A stretch of 64,000 nt of DNA from Eledone cirrhosa (taxonomy: Eukaryota), in contig OZ024745.1 in NCBI GenBank assembly GCA_964016885.1, positions 103,230,001 through 103,294,000 of the forward strand, in the 5' to 3' direction. Below, one piece after another: positions 1 to 12,960 of the stretch (its first letter is position 1; each line of letters opens with the position of its first letter). Both the position numbers and the translations under genes were made by a program. The notes beneath the pieces are model-generated. The model was given only the letters and a program-made list of their open reading frames with translations. It ran no database searches and had not been told where the DNA came from.

Positions 1-351
1 TTCTGTTCAAACCAGCCATAACTGGCTGCTCATACCTATGTTAAGGTATTGTTCTCAAAATAAATAATTGTTTCTACTTTTGGCACAAGGCCAGCAATTA
101 TTCCAGTGCATTACTGGTACTTTTTTATCGACCTCCGTAAGGATGAAAGGCAAAGTTAACCTCGGTGCGATTTGAACTCAGACCGTAAAGGGACATAACT
201 CTGTGCTGCAAAGTATGGCGTCCAACTCTCTACCGACACTGTCAATCCACCGCATCATCAAAATCTCATAGATTCAATATTGTGTGAGGTAAAGCCTTAA
301 CCGTGAAAATACAATAATAAATATAGAGTAATGTAAATGCTAAAGGGTTAA
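1..351 (+). mobile_element. piggyBac-type MITE (family P1), left end outside window, split by a SINE
   Basis: Ends TAAATGCTAAAGGG-TTAA (348-351); body matches the copies at 8369, 15825, 44142 and 48876. Confidence 0.8.
66..253 (-). mobile_element. tRNA-headed SINE family B (Nin/Deu-domain-like) inserted in the MITE
   Basis: Reverse complement has a B box (GAGTTCAAATC) and GCCTTTCATCCTTACGGAGGTCGATAAA...GTACCAG; similar to copies at 19100, 36346 and 39924. Confidence 0.8.
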
Positions 352-772
352 TATGTAAGACACTGCTATAAAAGCAAATGTTTCAGTATTTCATATATTA
401 AATATAATGGCGAAAACTAAAATCTAGAGATAAGGCAGCATAGTATAAAGCCTTATATGATTTAAATTTATTTGTTCTTTTAGAAAGAGTTTAGTATAAA
501 AAAAAAAAAGAAAAAAAAAGACATTAGCAGCCCAAAATCAATTTATAAAAATAGAAAAGGAAAGCCATCAGCACCAACTATATAGGTATGGGTGTTGCTA
601 TAGTAATTGCAGCTACATGGATCCAACTTTGATGCCATTGCAGTGCGACACTTTGGATAAATATATTTTACAATAAATTAGGATTAATCAAGTGAATCGA
701 ATATGGTAGATGGAAAATATCAATGTGTTTGTGTGTGTGTATGTATGTATGTATATGTATGTATGTGTATGA

Positions 773-809
<37 letters not shown>

Positions 810-812
<3 letters not shown>

Positions 813-1000
813 TCATCATCATCGATTAACATTTATCTTCCACGCTAGCATGGGTTAGACGAGTTTGTCCCAATTAGAGGCAAGTTGGGTGACTGTGTCT
901 CACTCATATAGGAGAGTTTCTGCCTGGTTTTCTATGGCTGGATGTCCTTCCTAACGCCAACCACATTTACAGTGTGTGCTGGGTACTTTTTTTCGTGACA
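810..1000 (-). mobile_element. 3' part of SINE family A (RTE-type tail)
   Basis: (CAT)n followed by the reverse complement of the GTTAGGAAGG(G/A)CATCCAGCC motif. Confidence 0.6.
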
Positions 1001-1394
1001 CCTACACACACACACATATATTTATATATATGGTAACTAGGGAAACTTGGGATGAAGTGATACAATCTGACCTTGCCCAGTTAAACCTCACAAAGGAAAT
1101 GACACAGGAATGAGATCTATGGTGCCATGTTGTACTGCAGAACCCCTCTCCACATGTGCATAAAGTGAAATGGAACAAACATGCAGGAGATATACCAGCT
1201 TGCAGCAATCTTTCTCACCCTCACCCCACCTTAATACCCCAATCACACCTAAATATCCTCCTTGGTGTCAAACTCACTAACATGCCCCCCGCACTCCCCC
1301 GTTCTGATATACCTCACCTGTCCAGCTATCAATGCTGGATAAGCTTGACATCTGACCTCCCACAATGCTGTGCCACAACAAAAGCATTCAGTCC

Positions 1395-1760
1395 ATCCTG
1401 TAAGATGTTTGTGATGGTGACACTGTAAGGTGGATGTGTTGGTGACATGACAAAAAGAGCCCAATCCACACTATAAAGTGGTCATGTTGGTGGCATGATA
1501 AAAAGTCTACATTGTAAACTGATTGTGTAGGTGACATGACAAAAGTACCCAGTTCACCCTGTAAGGTGGTCATGGTGGTAGCATGATAAAAAGCACCCAG
1601 TCCACACGGTAATGTGGTTGGTATTAGGAAGGGCATCCAGCCATAGAAACCTAGCCAAAATACAGACATTGTCTTTGGAACTGACTCGTCTCATAATGTG
1701 ACAACCCATCCAACCCATGCAAGCATGGAAAATGGACATTAAATGATGATGGTTATGATA
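1395..1760 (+). mobile_element. SINE family A 3' part with about 4-5 tandem ~45-50-bp internal units
   Basis: Repeated CAC(A)CTGTAA(A/G)GTGG...CATGA(C/T)AAAAAG(C)ACCCAG units, then TTAGGAAGGGCATCCAGCC and an (ATG)n tail. Confidence 0.65.
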
Positions 1761-3139
1761 TATATATAAATAGAAGTTGAATATTTATATTAAGTTTGAT
1801 TTCACTCTAGACTACCAGTGGTTTTGAGATGAAAACATCTGATTAACCAGGTGCATTTGTGAAATTTAAAAGATGGAGAATATAGTTTGATGCCATCTTA
1901 CTAAGAGTTTCCATTATTTGGTTCAGGTCATGTGGTGCTGTTGATAGTGTATGTCACATTCTAAACAAGCGCAGAAAGTCAGAATGAATACTGCCAAGCA
2001 TTCTATTCAACATTCTAACAACTCTGCCAATTTTCCACATAAGAGGACAGTAGTACTCATAAACTACTGACTTGGTCGAAAATAATCCATCCAACCCATA
2101 CTAGACAGGAAAAACAGATGTAAAATGATGATGATAATTTGTGTTGTATATGAAATGAAATAACTACAATTGGAAATCAAAACTGCATTGCAGGCTTGGC
2201 TTGCTGACAGCTGAAACTTCAATTGTACAACATTACTTCACCATCCAGTTTGAGAAAGAATGTAATAAATAATCCATCTGGAATTTAGACAAAACCCCAA
2301 TGAAGATGATAAAGATGTTTTTATTATTGTTACTATTTAAACCCAGGTTAGCTCTATGATTAAAGATGTTTTGACCATCACAGCCATGATATTTTGTATA
2401 TCCAATATGGTTTTGTTAATTTAAAAATGTAGGCAGTGATTTGAAGTGTGTTGGAAATGTGTTGGTGGCTTAATGTTATTATTTAGCCCACTGTCAGTTG
2501 TGAAGGAGAAAGTCTCTGATCAAAGGATTTTCAGCAGTGACAATCCCTTCTTTTATTGTGACAAACATATGTAAGATTAAATTATCCAATAGGATTTTCA
2601 TGAAAGATTTTACAACTATTTTAATAACAACAATATTTAGGCTTTCTCATTGACGTCTGATATGAATAGATATGTATATATGATATAACAGTGTGCATAG
2701 GTGCAATATTTGTTTAGATCCAAGATCTTCCTGAATAGACAGGCTTTTAACAAATGCATTCCTCCAATGTTTACTTTTTTTTTATCAGGCATAGTGTATC
2801 TCAAATAACCTTTCTTTTTTTATGACAGTAAGCTATAGAAATCTGAGGAACGTGTAACAATTTTTTCTAGAAGTTTGAGCAGCTATGTAAGATGTTTGCT
2901 TGCTTTTAGCTGTAACTAAGGTCAATGTCATTGATGTTGTTGTTGTTATTTGGCCCTAGGTAAATCCCATTTTTTATTGAGGCAGAAAAGTAAGGGGGCT
3001 TGCCATTGGCTTCGATGATCATTATTTCAGTTGTACAATCAATAATACTTCCTACTCATTGAATTATGGTGTAAGAGCTGAGCACTTCATAAACACATGT
3101 ACTCTTGATGTAATCTTCAGGTAGAATATTATTAACCAT

Positions 3140-3519
3140 CTTGCCAACAACAACCCTGTGCACCTTTTTGAATTCCATATGTCTAACACCTGTGTGCATG
3201 CGCACAAAGTCAGAAAACCGCACAGCTTCCATGACTTTCGGAAACAATTTTTCATGCTCAGAGTTGCTGAAACATGGAACAAACTACCTGCATCGGTTGT
3301 TAGCTGTCAGGGAACTGTATCCTTCAGAACCTCCATGCTTCCTGAAATTTGCCAATACTATACCTGATATCCCCCCTCCATACACATGCACTCATGTATA
3401 TCATGAGTTATACACTCTTCACTTTCTTGACATTTGTACACTATTCTATGTACTATACATGCACTTTTGATGAGTTGTAGTGCACCTGAACACTGTACAC
3501 AATGACTTCATTATTATTT
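3140..3519 (+). mobile_element. CR1-type LINE 3' end
   Basis: Encodes ...HDFRKQFFMLRVAETWNKLP; the 3'UTR and (TTA)n tail match 39600-39920. Confidence 0.8.
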
Positions 3520-3525
3520 AATAAG

Positions 3526-3929
3526 CATGACTTAGTGGTTAGAGCATTGGGCTTGCAATCGAAAGGTTGTGAGTTCAATTCTCGGACCGGGTGATGTGTT
3601 GTTTCCTTGAGCAAGAGACTTTATTTCACATTGCTCCAGTTTACTCAGCTGTAGAAATGAGATGATAGGGACTGGGGTCCATATCATTCCACTGCAAAGT
3701 GGTCGTGGAGGTGCCATGGCAAAAAAAGCACCTAGCACTCACTGTAAAGGAGGTTGGTGTTAGGAAGGGCATCCAGCTGTAGAAATCAAACCAGAATCAG
3801 TTCCCGTATGAGCAAGACAAGGTCAGCCTCCCGGACACTGCCCCACAACAGGACAACCCGTCTAACCCATGCTAGCGTGGAAGAACGGACATAAAATGGT
3901 GATGATGATGAGGATGATGATGATGATGA
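3526..3929 (+). mobile_element. SINE family A (tRNA head, CORE-like domain, RTE-type tail)
   Basis: A box (TGACTTAGTGG), B box (GAGTTCAATTC), CCTTGAGCAAGA...CTCAGCTGTAGAAATG, AGGAAGGGCATCCAGC, (GAT)n tail. Confidence 0.85.
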
Positions 3930-4796
3930 CATGCTGTATAACAAGGATTGCATTACAAATTATAGTTGCAGTTCATCTGATGGGCTTCCACACAGTTTTT
4001 ACATACCCAATTTCACATGTGAGACTTGGTTCAACTCAAGGTTATTGTCCACAGTTCTTTTTGGAGGGGACTGTGAAGTAGATCGCTTAACTATTGAGTT
4101 ATGCCTATATATTATGTATTTAAATGTCATGTATCTAGGATTTCACCATCAATTTTTTTAAGTTTAGATGTTATTTAATGGAAACTTAGCTGTGATTTCT
4201 GACAGCTTGAGCTAATGAATAGAGGTTCTATTTTTCATGTTACAGCCACAGATTGAAGCTTGTTCATTGGCTCTAATGACGAATGCCTTTTTGTTAGTGA
4301 TGTTTGTAATGGAGCAGATAAAGGTTTGAAAGTGTATATGTATGTTGGAGAAGAATTAGAGAGGGAAAGATAATGTCAATGTTAATTTAAAAAACATTTC
4401 ATTGTTATCGTACTACTGTTACTGTTTGATTGTTTCCTTTCTTTTTTTATATATTTATTGATAAAGTTATTTATTTACTGCTTCTTTAGCATGGAAGATA
4501 GAAATGTTATTGATTGGCAGAATTGTTAGAATATCAGAAAAAATACCTTGCAGTATTTGTTCTGGTTGTTTAATTTCTGGCTTCACTGCTATGGTCAACT
4601 TTGGCTTTCATCCTTTCAGGGCCGATAAAAAAGTACCAGTTAGTCACTAGCTTCAATTTAATCAATGAGGCCATAGTAGAAGACATTTGCCCAAGGTGTC
4701 ACACAGTTGCTTTAAAACTAAAACCACATGGTTGCAAAATGAACTTCTTACTCAGCCATGCTTACTTCACCTCCCACCATTCATACCTCTTCCACT

Positions 4797-5808
4797 ATCA
4801 CTCATTAGTAGGTAGCTATTATCACCATCACTGTACACCCTACACCTACTCTTTCTGGGACCACCACTCAACCCAGGGGCATTCCCACTCATTAGAAGCT
4901 ATTCTCACCATCACTGTACACTCCACACCTACTCTTTCTGGGACAATCACTCAACCCAGGGTCATTCCCACTCATTAGTAGCTATTATCACCATCACTGT
5001 ACACCCCACACCTACTCTATCCAGGACCACCACTCAACCCAGGGGCATTCCCACTCATTAGTAGCTATTCTCACCATCACTGTACACTCCACACCTACTC
5101 TATCCAGGACCACCACTCAACCCAGGGGCATTCCCACTCATTAGAAGCTATTCTCACCATCACTGTACACTCCACACCTACTCTATCCAGGACCATCACT
5201 CAACCCAGGGGCATTCCCACTCATTAGAAGCTATTCTCACCATCACTGTACACCCCACACCTACTCTTTCTGGGACAATCACTCAACCCAGGGGCATTCC
5301 CACTCATTAGAAGCTATTATCACCATCACTGTACACTCCACACCTACTCTTTCTGGGACCACCACTCAACCCAGGGGCATTCCCACTCATTAGAAGCTAT
5401 TCTCACCATCACTGTACAACCCACACCTACTCTTTCTGGGACCACCACTCAACCCAGGGGCATTCCCACTCATTAGTAGCTATTATCACCATCACTGTAC
5501 AACCCACACCTACTCTTTCTGGGACCATCACTCTACCCAGGGGCATTCCCACTCATTAGAAGCTATTCTCACCATCACTGTACACTCCACACCTGCTCTA
5601 TCCAGGACCACCACTCAACCCAGGGGCATTCCCACTCATTAGTACCTATTATCACCATCACTGTACAACCCACACCTACTCTTTCTGGGACCATCACTCT
5701 ACCCAGGGACATTCCCACTCATTAGTAGCTATTCTCACCATCACTGTACACCCCACACCTACTCTGTCCAGGACTACCACTCTACCCAACCCAGGGTCAT
5801 TCCCACCC
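4797..5808. repeat. 83-bp minisatellite, about 12 copies
   Basis: CTCATTAG recurs at 4888, 4971, 5054 and onward (83-bp period). Unit: CACTCATTAGTAGCTATTATCACCATCACTGTACACCCCACACCTACTCT...CCAGGGGCATTCC. Confidence 0.95.
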
Positions 5809-7662
5809 CTAAAATCCTGACCCACCAGTCATATTCCCCTTCCTCTACTCTTAGGAGCTGTTATTATCACAATACAACCCCCACTACCAGCAGTCCCCTA
5901 CCCTGCCAAATCCAACCATTCCACCACTCTTGTCTTACCTCCATGGCATCAGACCTATCCTTCCTAATCTCCTTTTTCCTGAACAATGACTGACAACCTC
6001 CATAGTGCTGGTGCACCCACCCAGTAAACTCTTTAGAATCTGGTGATAGGAAGAGCATTAAGCTATAGGAAACTTGCCAAACAAAGAGTCAGGAGGATTC
6101 TGCATATGTCAAATGCATGACAACCTCCCTAGTGCTGGTGCCACTATAAAATTTACTTGATAGAGCACAGGAACATATGTAAATGAAATGTGGGCCCTCA
6201 GCTTTTCCAGGCACCTGGTAGAGTGCGGGTATTTAAGCAAGATGCAAGCCCCAGGTCCATCTTAGAAGTCAGTAGCCCCACATGATTAACTCAGTCTGTG
6301 TCAACTTATTAGCAGGGGAAAGGGACATTAAAGGATGATGCTGATGATGATGGTACACGTATATGTGAGCATATGTCAAAGCGGTCCATGGCATTATGGA
6401 AAAAATGGACATAAAATGATGATGATGTATGTATACATACACATATTTGCATACATATGCAGACATATATGCATGCATATGTTTGCATATATGTCTATAT
6501 ATGTATGTGCAACCTCAGCCAAACACATATACACTGACTCACTTAGACTCACATAAATACATGCACACATAAGTCTTGCATGTTTACCACTAACAGTCTA
6601 GCAACAGTTACCAGCAGCAGCAACATCACCAACAGCAAAATCATCATCATTATCCTACCATTATTAAAACTACTAACATTACTAACAACAATATCAAAAA
6701 TAACAACAACCACATCATTGGCTTTGTCGCAACTGCTGCTTCCAAATAATTTTTTCAAAATTTTATTTTATTTATTTTTATCTTATTTTCAAGTGCCAAA
6801 GCTGGAAACCTTTTAAAGCTGTTGTTGATCACAAACAAGTGTCTGGGGAGGTGTGTATTATAGACACAATGATAAAATATCATTTTGCAGCTGCTTTCTC
6901 TTTTTCTTACCACCCTCTTTCTCTCTCTCTCACACACACACATACAGAAAAACATTCACGAACATAGTCACATTTTAAAAATTATGTGTATTAAAATATG
7001 TTGTTTATGTATGTGTATGTTTGTATTAGTGTGCCTGCATACAATAGTATATTATAGACATACTAGTGTGTCCATGTCATCAAAAAGGGTGATATTGTCT
7101 GTGTATGTGTTTGCTTTATACTCAGAAATTTAGAAAATAAACACTCACATAACTGTTTTATTTACCAGGTCACATATACACATACATATATACACAAATA
7201 TGTATACATATATACATATGTATGTGTGTACAAATGTGCAACACATATATCAAACATTTTCCCTCCTGCACACACACACACACATAATATACATATATAT
7301 GACATCGTAAAAACAAACTGTCCCTTCTTGGCAGTCAACCCCTGGAAATCACTTTAGTTTCAGTTCATTAAAGTTGACACTATTCATTTCATTGCACATT
7401 GGGACACAACAAAACAGAGAAACACAGGACAAGTTATGCCTTTCAGCAAATTACAAAATTTAAGACAATAAAATTCTACAAACCAATGTGCTTCAACTAA
7501 AAGGAAGAGATAGAAACGCAGTGTACAGTAGTTTAGCTCGAAATAGAAAGAATATATTTGGACTACAGTTCTATGTACAAAGACAAAGAGAAATGACAGA
7601 GAAGCAGAGGAAAGGAAGAATGAGGGGAAGTGTAAAGTTTATTTTTGATAGATGTAATATTA

Positions 7663-7697
<35 letters not shown>

Positions 7698-8368
7698 TAT
7701 ACATATATATATATGTATATGCATAACACACATACATACACATTAAGTAACATATATAGCACATACTTTTCAAACATAATTTCAATTACCAAATTTAGTT
7801 TTATTTAGCAAATGAACAATAACACTAAAAATGAAAGAGATCTTTTACTGGTTTCAGTCAATCGACTTGTCTGCAGTCATACTAGGGCAATCTATTTCAA
7901 TCTATTACTTGCTATGTTGATTTCTATTTGCTAAGCTAATAGAAAAAATAAGATAGAATGAGAAAGAAAGAAAAAGATACAGACACAAGAGAGAGAGAAA
8001 GGAGGTAAGGAAAAAAGAAGCAGAGTGATAAAATTAGAATAAAGTTATTTATTTAAAATTTAAACTCATTGTATTATGTGTAAAACCAGTTGTCCCTTAT
8101 TCAATATACACCTGCTGTTTAAACATGCTTTAAAGAAACTGGATAAGACATTTATTCACAAAAACTGTTCTCTGCAAAACCCTTATTCAGTAAACCTCTA
8201 CAGTAATTCCCAGTGCATTCAATTTCAGGGGAAAGTGCACAGATTCTATTTTATTTGCCAAATTTTGTAATGTGTCCAAAAGTATATTGTTACTCTCATG
8301 AAGAACCTGAGCATTGCCAGATACCTCTGCTTATACAATATAAAGTAATGTATTTTACTTTCTTCACT

Positions 8369-8584
8369 TTAATCTTTTAGCATTTAAATCAGCCATATCC
8401 AGCCAGAATTCTCTCATCTCTTTCTGTTCAAACCAGCCATAACTGGCTGCTCTTACTTATGTTAAGGTATTGTTTTCAAAATAAATGATATCGAAATCTC
8501 AAAGATTCGATATTAAATGAGATAAAGTGTTTACCATGAAAATACAATAGTAAATATAGAGTAATGTAAATGCTAAAGGGTTAA
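8369..8584 (+). mobile_element. piggyBac-type MITE P1
   Basis: TTAA at both ends; terminal inverted repeat (C/T)CTTTTAGCATTTA...TAAATGCTAAAGGG. Confidence 0.8.
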
Positions 8585-9106
8585 CATATATTTTCACTTT
8601 TTAAAAACTAAATTTCAACAATTTTTCTTATTACTATCACTACATTTTCTTTCAATTTGATTATCATTACCACTCCAATCTTTTAAATCTTTATTTTTAC
8701 GTCTTGGGTCAAGAAAGTACTTCAATTGTGTCAGACACATGACAAACTACTTAGTGCTGGTTCAATAATAAAATAAAGCCAGTGGACTCAGTAAAGTGCA
8801 GGAATGTATGTAAACAAGGTGACACTCCCAATCCATCTGAGAAGTCAGTAACTTGGATTAAGTACTAACCAGGTTTATGATGACCCACCCAACCCTTGCT
8901 AGCAGGGAAAATGTATGTTAAAAGGTGATGATGATATCTTTAAGAAATCATTTTATCTTGATTTTTATCTTATTTATCTTTATAATTTACTTAATCATCT
9001 TCTTTCACTTATTTCTCCTTTCTTCTGATGACCAAATACTGAAGCTGGGGCATTACCAGCTCTTGCAATTCTTGCACTTAATTCAACCTTCTCCCTTTCA
9101 TCACCC

Positions 9107-9970
9107 ATGAAAACGGCCATGGGACACTTGAACTTCTTCACCTATTTCAGTGAAATTCTACTCACATGTAGAGTGTACTTCCCAGGCTTCCTTGAGAGGA
9201 CAAGTACCTCAGTCTTCACAGCACTAATTTTCATTCCTGCCATAGCAGCAAACCTATCAAGTGCACATTGGATATCACCATCTGATGAATTAAGTAACAC
9301 CATGTTGTCTGCAAATTCCAGTCGACTGATCCTACACCCACCATCCTGGCTGCACATATCAATCCTGTTGGTGAAGATTATGAACAGAAGTAGTACAGTT
9401 CACACCCTCAGCAGAGTCCAAACTCCCAAATTAAATGGTTTTGATTTAGCACCATTTATCCAAACACTTCATATAGAGACATCGGGGCATCAAAAAGCTG
9501 ACCATTGATCCCATACTCCTGCAGAACCTTCCACAAGTCCTGTGGAATGCAGTTGTATGCCTTTTCAAGGTCCATGAAGCAAGCATGCACCTCTTGGCAA
9601 TACTCCCATGATTCCTCAAAAACCTGCTGGTGTGAATATTTGGTTGGTTGTGCTGTGTCCAGGGCAAAACTGTTCTTCAGCTAGCTTGAACTTGACAATA
9701 TCCCTACATCTGTTAATAACTTTGCATAGACTTTACTTGGAAGGCTTAACAAGGAGATCCCTCTGTAATTAGAACAATCTCTCTTGTCACTCTTTTTAAA
9801 AATTAGGATTATCACTCCCAATTGCCATTGCTTTGGTGCATTTCCAGAGATCCAGGCTACCCAGCACACACAAGTAAGCAAGATGATACCTTCTCTATTT
9901 AAGGATTTTAGCATTTTAGGCTGAATTTCATCCTCCCCAGCTGCCTTGCCAACATTTGAGCTCTTTAATT
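9107..9970 (-). pseudogene. Decayed RTE-clade LINE reverse transcriptase fragment
   Basis: Minus-strand ORF pieces with NYRGISLLSLPSKVY and LEFADNMVLL (YADD-like); frameshifted. Confidence 0.8.
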
Positions 9971-10329
9971 GCTATGTAGTTATATATATGATATATATAA
10001 AATATATACATGCGTGTCTGTGTGTGGAGAGAAAGAGGTGTTGCTAAATTTTTCAATATATAGTTTAGGTCATTGATTAATGTAACCTTTGACCTCCAAA
10101 ATACAGGATACGTTTTCCAGACTTATTCGGAGAAAAAAACAGTGTCTTCTACATTGAAAAATATGTTAGACCTTCCCCTCCTTCACACACATACACATAG
10201 TTATATGTATTTATATAAACCCTCCTTCACACACACATACACGTAGTTATATGTATTTATATAAATCATAAATGAGATAACAGCATTATTCCATTTTCTG
10301 TTCTGTATTGGTTCATCAAGAAGCCAGTG

Positions 10330-10670
10330 TCATCACCATCATCATCGTTTTTATATCCACTATTCTATGCTTGCATGGGTTGGACGGGTCTTTTGCAGCA
10401 CGCCATCTCTCCACATGTTGCAATCCTTTATCACCTCCTTTGAGAGTCTGTGATTTGAGGTCAGGTCTTACAACCTCTGCCCAGGTCTTTCTTAGTATAC
10501 CTCTTCCTTGACTTCCTTCCTCTGGCACTCCTTCACCCAATGATCATTGTCCGTGCACATCACATGTCCAAACCAATGCAGTCTTCTCTCCAGCATACCA
10601 CCTCAAACTCCTCTTAAACCCAGCTTCCCCTTCAACTCATCCAAGCTCTGCCTCACTCTCATACTTACAT
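10330..10670 (-). mobile_element. RTE-type LINE 3' remnant
   Basis: GRGILRKTWAEVVRPDLK-like C-terminal RTE motif, with a (CAT)n tail on the + strand. Confidence 0.55.
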
Positions 10671-11089
10671 TCCAGTGTATGTCATTATAAAAAAAATAAT
10701 ATGAAAACAATAATAACAGTAAAGTAACAAACATTATCTAAATATACAGGAAACATAAAGAATAAAGGCCATAACTAAATACCATAAAGCCTATTGTCCA
10801 ATGTTCTAACGATTCTAACAGCATCAACAGTCATAATAAATAGATGGTTTCATGAAAATTTCACATATGTTGGTAACTAAGACAATAATTACTTTGTCAT
10901 ATATTTGATATTTCATCATTCTATTATTGAAATTATTAGACCATTAATTATCATTATCCTAATTTATACCATTAATTTAATATCTCTTTATATTCAATGG
11001 TTTTAGAAGTAGTTTATCCCCTTTGTTTCTCTTACTTATTTGTATTAACCACCTTAACAAAAACAGTTAGTTTCCTAATTTCAGAGGTG

Positions 11090-11640
11090 GAGTGCTAGAA
11101 CGTGGGCGAGATGGAAGTGTAGGTGGTGCCTACTATATGTATGCTTCAGCTTGTGCTCATGGGAAGGCAGGTCTTCTATGTTACTGCATAATGCCAGGGA
11201 TCTCAGTCCTGTGTCATTGCCTTTGAGAGGTGCAATTGTGCAAGGTCAGATTTTTTCACCTCATCCGAAGTCTTCCTGGGTCTTCCTTCTCCATAGCTTC
11301 CATCAACTTTGAGTGCTCTGTACCTTTTTATACAACTGTCATCCTTCATACGCATCACACGTCCATACCAAGGCAATCTCCTCTCCTGCACACTACATCT
11401 GATTCCTCTTCTACCTAGTTTCTCTTCTAATTCATTTATGCTTTGCTGTTCATGTATTACACATCCATGTACTCTGCAAACATTACAAAATAGTAATATT
11501 TTCAAACATGGTATGTGTATCCTGTTTAGAATAGGTATGCCACATCTCTGCATACTATCAGTGGTGGCTAAAAGAGTTGGTGCCATGTTGAGCAACTGGA
11601 TATAAAACATTGCCTCAAAAAGGACCCCATGATGAGTATG
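11090..11640 (-). pseudogene. RTE-type LINE 3' fragment
   Basis: ORF 11203-11730 has RRLPWYGRVMRM and GRPRKT motifs typical of the RTE C-terminus; 3'UTR resembles 32765-32895. Confidence 0.75.
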
Positions 11641-12367
11641 AAGCCTGTCATTTTTTAAAGGGGGTTGCAAGGAACAGTTGATTATACTGAGTCCAGTACA
11701 GTCAATTACATGAACCTCAGTACTTCCCAAGTATTATTTTAATTACTCCATAAATTAAAATGTCAGTGCTGGCCTCCAGAAAGATTTGAATTCAAAACAT
11801 AAAGAGACATAAGTAAATATTGCATTGTATTCTCTCTATTGCTCTATTGATAGTGGAACATCACAATAGATCTGTCTATTGAACTTTGCCACTATCTACT
11901 AATGACACATAACTGTAAACTATACACAATATATTTTATTAATTTATTCTTTCTGATGCCATGAAACATTCATTTTTTTTAAATAATATATAAACATTTA
12001 TTTATTTATTTTATGAATATATAAACTCAATAAGATTAATGCATACCTCCCCGAACCATTTAAATTATACTTTTATATAATTAACTTTTTGTAGAAAAGG
12101 AGGTCCTTTCTTTATGTGTTTATATATTTTCTGTTATATATAAAGCAGTTCTTACTGTAAATGAGGTTAGTGTTAGGAAGGGCATCCAACTGTAGAAACC
12201 AAGCCAAAATCAGTTCTGTATGAGCAAGACATGGTCACATGATCTATCTTGTCTCACAATGGGACAACTTGTCTAACGCATGCAAACATGGGAAATAGAT
12301 GCTAAATTGTGATGATGATGATTTCTCTCTCTCTCTCTCTATCTCACCCACCCATTTTCAAATATAT

Positions 12368-12790
12368 ATTTGAAAATGTGAGAATCCCAAATGCAGAAAA
12401 TAAATATAACAACAATCAATCTCTATAGATAATAACTTAAAAAAGCGGGTAAAATACCCCTAGAGACGTATGGGATTTCCACATTTTCAAATTTCAAATC
12501 ACCGAACCACTTTCATAATTTGTAAGATTTGTTTATTTCTGGCTCTAGCCGCAAACTGTTTAGTAAAGCACCTTAAATTTGATGGAATCCATTGTCAGCT
12601 GTCCTTTAGCATAATGGCTAATACACTCAGCTGGTATTCGAGAGATGCATAGTTCAATTCACTATAGTAGCTGCTGTCCACTTTTTATCCATCACTAGGG
12701 ATATTTTACCTGATTTTCTAAGTTACTATCTATAATGATCGACTATTGTTGCAGTTATTTTCTGCGTTTGGGATTCCCACATTTTCAAAT
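12368..12790. repeat. Inverted repeat (~95-bp arms) enclosing a tRNA-like sequence
   Basis: 12368-12463 is the imperfect reverse complement of 12695-12790; A-box-like TAGCATAATGG and B-box-like AGTTCAATTC at 12601-12670. Confidence 0.7.
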
Positions 12791-12960
12791 TATAAATCCC
12801 CCAAGCGCTTCATCATCATCATCGTTTAAGTCCATTTTCCATGTTTGCATGGGTTAGACAGGTTGTCCTTTTTGATGCAAATTGAGACAGGTGACCGTGT
12901 CATGCTTATACAGAATTCATAAGTGATATATATCACCATATTTTTTTTATAGATATAACC

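Noticed and set aside
4797-5808. CRISPR-like array or coding repeat
   Set aside because: Plain tandem 83-bp unit, not a multiple of 3, with no spacers.
9020-9300. Other CTGATGA occurrences (also ~15065, ~20519, ~48656)
   Set aside because: No stem II/GAAA/stem I arrangement; chance matches.
10080-10170. Tc1/pogo-like transposon end
   Set aside because: Only a weak resemblance at one end; no matching TIR found.
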